A stretch of DNA of 32,000 bases from Acinetobacter wanghuae (GTDB taxonomy: Bacteria > Pseudomonadota > Gammaproteobacteria > Pseudomonadales > Moraxellaceae): contig NZ_CP045650.1 of NCBI RefSeq assembly GCF_009557235.1, positions 1,320,001-1,352,000 on the forward strand, read 5' to 3'. The position numbers were made by a program, and so were the translations under genes. The notes under the pieces were generated by a model. The model ran no database searches. It was not told where the DNA came from and saw only the letters and a program-made list of their open reading frames with translations. Shown in pieces: positions 28,548 through 32,000 of the stretch. Positions within the stretch are counted from its first letter, which is position 1, and the number at the start of each line of letters is the position of its first letter.

Positions 28548-29585
28548 ATGAAACTACCAAAACCGATTCAGCGCGGTGAAAGCTGGCGCATCATTGTGAC
28601 CTTTGAAAAAAAGCGCTATTCAATCACAAGGGACTCTGCAAAAGAGTGCGAGCTTTGGGCAATAGATAAATTATCCGAACTTCGAACCAATAAAAAAGCC
28701 ATTGCACAAGGTGAAAAGCCCGCATACCCATTTAGGGAATTGTGCGCTAAATATTATCAAGAGCATGGTCGCCATATGAAATCTGCACGGACCATCAATT
28801 TTAAAATTAAAAATATTGACCGTATTGCACCAAATTTAGCAGACAAATCGATTTATGACTTTAAGCCTACTGACATTGCTGAATGGCGAAATAATCGGAA
28901 AAAAGAAGTAAAAGTAGCAACACTTAGAAATGAGCATGCAATTTATTCAGCAGTATTCACTTATGCAATGAAAGAGCTATTTCTAATTGAATCAAACGTG
29001 TGGCACTCAGTCACCATGCCGGGTAAGGAAAAATCACGAAGTCAGCGTATTACTGATGAAGATCAAGCAAAAATGCTTGAAGCACTAAGTTGGGATGGTA
29101 CGACAACACCTGAAACCTCACGACATTATGTGGCTTGGGCATTTTTATTTGCTTTAGAAACCGCAATGCGACAAGGCGAAATTCTTGCAATGAAAAAGCA
29201 GGATATTAAAGATGGTTTTGTACATTTACCGATGACAAAAAATGGTGAATCTCGGAACGTGCCACTATCTAAAGAAGCCAAGCGACTTTTATCACTATTA
29301 CCAAAAACCAATAAGCAACTTGTGTCGCTTGATAAAGATAGATGCTGTGCAACATGGGTGCGTGCTAAGAAACGAGCAGGGCTGCCGCACATCAATTTCC
29401 ATGATTCGCGGCATGAAGCCATTACACGTATGGTGAAGGTCAGAAAATTACCGGTTGAAGTCTTGGCTAAGATCACAGGGCATAAAACCATTTCTATGCT
29501 TGTGAATACTTATTACAATCCAGATGCTCAAGACTTGGTTGAAATGTTTAATGACAGTGAGAATAGTGAGAATGTGGAACTTTAA
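28548..29585 (+). CDS. int: Tyrosine site-specific recombinase (phage integrase family)
   Basis: 345 aa. The catalytic residues appear in canonical order: R (ETAMRQGE), K (TKNGESRNVPL), HxxR (FHDSRHEA), H (ITGHKT) and Y (NTYYNP). Confidence 0.9.
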   Translation: MKLPKPIQRGESWRIIVTFEKKRYSITRDSAKECELWAIDKLSELRTNKKAIAQGEKPAYPFRELCAKYYQEHGRHMKSARTINFKIKNIDRIAPNLADKSIYDFKPTDIAEWRNNRKKEVKVATLRNEHAIYSAVFTYAMKELFLIESNVWHSVTMPGKEKSRSQRITDEDQAKMLEALSWDGTTTPETSRHYVAWAFLFALETAMRQGEILAMKKQDIKDGFVHLPMTKNGESRNVPLSKEAKRLLSLLPKTNKQLVSLDKDRCCATWVRAKKRAGLPHINFHDSRHEAITRMVKVRKLPVEVLAKITGHKTISMLVNTYYNPDAQDLVEMFNDSENSENVEL

Positions 29586-29775
29586 TGTTCCACGCTATTG
29601 TTAATTTATAGCAAATGCTATATTTTTGAATCAGGGCAAAGAGTAGATCTTGTCTTTTGTTGTATCTAAATTAAGGAAGTGTGAAATGTACACCGTCACT
29701 GTTTTTCGACAATGTTAAGCCTTAGTTTTACGTTGCTAAGTTCTGTTGATTTAAGTGTTTTAAGTGAGGTGGATT

Positions 29776-30291
29776 ATGAATAACTATAAAGCATTAGATA
29801 TTGCTAACTATATTATTTGTTATGCAAATAATGAGCAAAAAAAATTATCAAATCACTCTCTGACCCCATTGAAGCTTCAAAAAATTCTGTATTATGTATC
29901 GACAGAGTATTTTAAAAAATATGGAAAGCGCTTATTTAGTGAAGATTTTCAAAAGTGGCAATATGGGCCAGTAGTTAAAGATGTCTATCATGAATTTAAG
30001 TCTTCAGGTCTTCATCATATAGCTAGACCAAAAGCAAAATTAGAAATATCTGAAACTGGTAGTATTTTTCGCAAAGAATTTGATATAAATACTTTGAATA
30101 GTGATAGTGAATTCGTGATGATTGCGGAAAATGTTATAAAAACTTATATGCCTTGGAAAGCTTTTGATCTTGTTGAGCGAACTCATGATGAAATAGCATG
30201 GAAAAAATTCGAATGCGATATCATGAAGGGTGTTGAATTAACTTATTCTGACTCTGAATTATTATCTGCTAAATCGATTAATGATAAATAA
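29776..30291 (+). CDS. DUF4065 / Panacea-domain protein (PanA / SocA / GepA-like putative antitoxin)
   Basis: ALDIANYII...LTPLKLQKILYYVSTEYFKKYGKRLFSEDFQKWQYGPVVKDVYHEFK matches my recollection of the DUF4065 consensus (LKLQKLLYY...F.AW.YGPV...Y..F). GAGG SD 6 nt before the ATG at 29776; the track's start at 29764 is a GTG inside the SD. Confidence 0.75.
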   Translation: MNNYKALDIANYIICYANNEQKKLSNHSLTPLKLQKILYYVSTEYFKKYGKRLFSEDFQKWQYGPVVKDVYHEFKSSGLHHIARPKAKLEISETGSIFRKEFDINTLNSDSEFVMIAENVIKTYMPWKAFDLVERTHDEIAWKKFECDIMKGVELTYSDSELLSAKSINDK

Positions 30292-31103
30292 TGACTAACC
30301 ATGCTCAAGAAACCTTTATTAAAAGGCATTTGAATCCTGAGAATTTTAATCAAAAGGAGATTGTAGAGGAAACAGCTTTATTATTTAGCATTCTCATCGA
30401 TGATTATGTGAAAACAGCTGCTAAAGAAACCTTCTACAATCTACCTTATAAGGATATTTCTGTTCTAGTTTTTGATGATAAATCTAACGATATTAAGACA
30501 GATTCATTTAATGGATTTATAACTACAGTAACCGAAGAAATCAAAAATACTTTTAATTCATATGAATTAACAACAGAATTGGAACATGCGACTGCATGCT
30601 ATGAAAAATTTGCTTCACATATTGAATTAGCATTAATTCAGAAGCGATTCATGCTTGATACGGCAAAAGAAGCAAATAGAGTAGCAGGTGTAGCAAGAAA
30701 AGATGCTGATTTTGCAAAAAAACAAGCTAAGAAAGCTAAAGAAATGTCTAATGCAATGGTTACCAACTTTGTAACTATTCTCGGTGTATTTGCCACCATT
30801 ATTATTACCGTCTTCGGCGGTATGCAAATAATTAGTGCGACAACGAAGCTATTGCAAACTGATTTAAATCTCGCAACTTTATTTTTAGTTTTATCGTTTA
30901 TATCACTTTTAATCATATTAATTTTATGGATGCTTTTCTCATTTATAATTAATCTTAAAAAGGATGTTAATAGTAACTCTGCCCTTATTACAGCCATAAC
31001 TGTTTTATCAATAACTATTATGTTATCTGCTGCTTACATAATTTTTTCAGGAAAAGATTTCTCACAAACAAGCGCAAAAGTGCTTGTTAAAGATGATAAA
31101 TAA
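30291..31103 (+). CDS. Hypothetical protein: soluble N-terminal domain, basic coiled-coil segment and 3 TM helices (putative toxin/effector partner)
   Basis: The ATG overlaps the upstream TAA by 1 nt (TAATG). Residues 1-135 are soluble with no motif I recognise. Residues 136-150 are RKDADFAKKQAKKAK. Hydrophobic helices lie at about 156-182, 193-220 and 231-252. Very AT-rich. Confidence 0.7.
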   Translation: MTNHAQETFIKRHLNPENFNQKEIVEETALLFSILIDDYVKTAAKETFYNLPYKDISVLVFDDKSNDIKTDSFNGFITTVTEEIKNTFNSYELTTELEHATACYEKFASHIELALIQKRFMLDTAKEANRVAGVARKDADFAKKQAKKAKEMSNAMVTNFVTILGVFATIIITVFGGMQIISATTKLLQTDLNLATLFLVLSFISLLIILILWMLFSFIINLKKDVNSNSALITAITVLSITIMLSAAYIIFSGKDFSQTSAKVLVKDDK

Positions 31104-31106
31104 AAA

Positions 31107-31126
31107 CGAGAGCTAATTCGCTCTCG
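31107..31126. terminator. Hairpin between the convergent cargo module and the phage-like operon
   Basis: CGAGAGC / loop TAATTC / GCTCTCG. On the minus strand it is followed by a U-rich tract. The TAG stop of the minus-strand ORF lies at the stem-loop junction. Confidence 0.6.
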
Positions 31127-31400
31127 GTCTTCCTTTTCTGATTTTGGTAGTGAGTATTTCGTGAGCAAGGCGTGGATTATATAAACCTTTGCCTTGCGAT
31201 CCTTGGTTAATTGAAATCAACTTTTCACGTATTGTAGGTACAGACAAATTGTATTTTTGAGCAAGATGTGCAGCAGTCACCAACTGCACATCAACCTCTT
31301 TTAATTCCTTTACAACTGCACCACCGCAGATTTCTTGCCCCAACATTACTTGAGGCGGTTTATCTGATTCAACTGTAATGGTGTAGCGAAAAGCACCCAT
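31113..31400 (-). CDS. Putative HTH DNA-binding protein (prophage regulator / excisionase-like)
   Basis: 95 aa from the ATG at 31400, with a perfect AAGGAGG SD 7 nt upstream. The track's start at 31403 is a TTG. HTH-like segment VTAAHLAQKYNLSVPTIREKL and a basic C-terminal tail. Confidence 0.6.
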   Translation of the reverse strand: MGAFRYTITVESDKPPQVMLGQEICGGAVVKELKEVDVQLVTAAHLAQKYNLSVPTIREKLISINQGSQGKGLYNPRLAHEILTTKIRKGRPRAN

Positions 31401-31555
31401 CAAGACACCTCCTTTAAACTCTCGACAACACTTTCAGGCAACCCAGGCACATCATTAAATGCTTTAGCAAATCCACCATCTGCGATGAATTGATCCATGA
31501 GATTGACTTGCTTATCAATTTCCAATTCTTCGACTTCGATTGTTTGTTCAGTCAT
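31400..31555 (-). CDS. Small acidic hypothetical protein (51 aa), absent from the ORF track
   Basis: MTEQTIEVEELEIDKQVNLMDQFIADGGFAKAFNDVPGLPESVVESLKEVS. GGGAG SD 7 nt upstream. Its ATG overlaps the upstream stop (ATGACTGA), and its TGA overlaps the downstream ATG (TGATG). Confidence 0.6.
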   Translation of the reverse strand: MTEQTIEVEELEIDKQVNLMDQFIADGGFAKAFNDVPGLPESVVESLKEVS

Positions 31556-31988
31556 GGCTTGGCTCCCGTGCTTCGATCATTGCTTTTTTACTGGTAAGGG
31601 ATTTATCCCAAGAGCCTGTAAAGTCGAAAGATGGTGCTTCTTCCGCAAAATAATCACCTTTCCAACAGAAGGCACAGATATCCATATCCTTAACAGGACG
31701 GATGCTTGACCACCAGTACTTATTTGAGTGACCATCTTTCAGCCAATATTTAGCCCATCTAGGGGCTTGCAACCAATCCACATTTGGATTGCCAATCATG
31801 TTTCGCTTTTCAACCAAAACAAACCCTTTAGGCACCGCATTCGCTTTGGCTGCTTGCCACATTTCCCAACCGCTATGCGTTGTTAAGCAATAAAAGCGAA
31901 AGTTTGTTGGGGTTGTCTCACCATCAGTATTCCAACCTTTAGATTGAGCAACTTCTTTAAAGGCATTTAATTCTTTTTGAATATCCAT
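31548..31988 (-). CDS. Phage-like hypothetical protein (Trp-rich, 146 aa)
   Basis: The ATG at 31988 is preceded by a GAGGTGG SD; the track's start at 31991 is a GTG. It is translationally coupled to the downstream small ORF. No recognised domain. Confidence 0.6.
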   Translation of the reverse strand: MDIQKELNAFKEVAQSKGWNTDGETTPTNFRFYCLTTHSGWEMWQAAKANAVPKGFVLVEKRNMIGNPNVDWLQAPRWAKYWLKDGHSNKYWWSSIRPVKDMDICAFCWKGDYFAEEAPSFDFTGSWDKSLTSKKAMIEAREPSHD

Positions 31989-32000
31989 CACACCACCTCG

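Larger units (their letters stand above)
28311..32000. mobile_element. Left arm of an integrative element / prophage (continues beyond the window)
   Basis: GC content drops abruptly after about 28330. It contains a tyrosine integrase, an AT-rich cargo module, and then minus-strand genes with overlapping start/stop codons and strong SDs (phage-style packing). GGCGACATA-type short direct repeats sit at the junction. Confidence 0.7.

Noticed and set aside
29126-29491. Minus-strand 121-aa ORF and plus-strand 64-aa alternate-frame ORF inside the integrase gene
   Set aside because: The integrase frame carries the full R-K-H-R-H-Y catalytic signature. The other frames have no start signals or motifs.
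30633-30997. Two overlapping minus-strand ORFs (64 and 119 aa) inside the 3-TM gene
   Set aside because: They are antisense to a gene that is translationally coupled to its upstream partner and shows a coherent TM architecture. AT-rich DNA readily leaves antisense frames open.
31497-31709. 70-aa plus-strand ORF overlapping the phage-like minus-strand genes
   Set aside because: It runs antisense across the junction of two minus-strand genes that have strong SDs and overlapping stop/start codons, and it has no SD of its own.
1-32000. Looked for CRISPR arrays, rRNA/tRNA genes, IS elements with terminal inverted repeats, retron/reverse-transcriptase or group II intron signatures
   Set aside because: I found no regularly spaced direct repeats, no transposase or RT-like ORF, and no structured-RNA hallmarks by eye. 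A covariance-model scan (tRNAscan-SE, Infernal) would be needed to exclude small RNAs formally.

Overview
This looks like an Acinetobacter-type (Moraxellaceae) chromosomal segment. That assignment rests on my recollection of the protein sequences and about 40% GC; no search was run. Most of the window is ordinary core metabolism and housekeeping: a partial M16 peptidase, pldA, ktrA-ktrB, ilvA, rpiA, a ygjP-like hydrolase, argC, clpS-clpA, ynfA, argF, a TetR regulator, prpB-prpC, an amidase, a GGDEF cyclase, aroQ-accB-accC, ybaK and tusD-tusC-tusB-tusE. Many of these end in clean Rho-independent terminators. Two AT-rich accessory patches interrupt the core. (i) 17.47-19.43 kb holds four small orphan ORFs placed directly after a prpBC operon that stops short. 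One of them is a 92-aa protein that is about 65% Gln+Asn. (ii) From about 28.3 kb to the window end lies the left arm of an integrative element or prophage, inserted just upstream of tusD with no tRNA target. It carries a tyrosine integrase, a two-gene cargo module, and then tightly overlapping minus-strand phage-like genes. The best candidate for a novel system is that cargo module (29776-31103). It pairs a DUF4065/Panacea (PanA/SocA-like) protein, through a TAATG stop/start overlap, with a 270-aa protein that has an unrecognisable N-terminal domain, a basic coiled-coil segment and three C-terminal TM helices. This is the architecture expected of a toxin-antitoxin or abortive-infection (superinfection-exclusion) pair. 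I found no CRISPR array, rRNA, tRNA or IS element.
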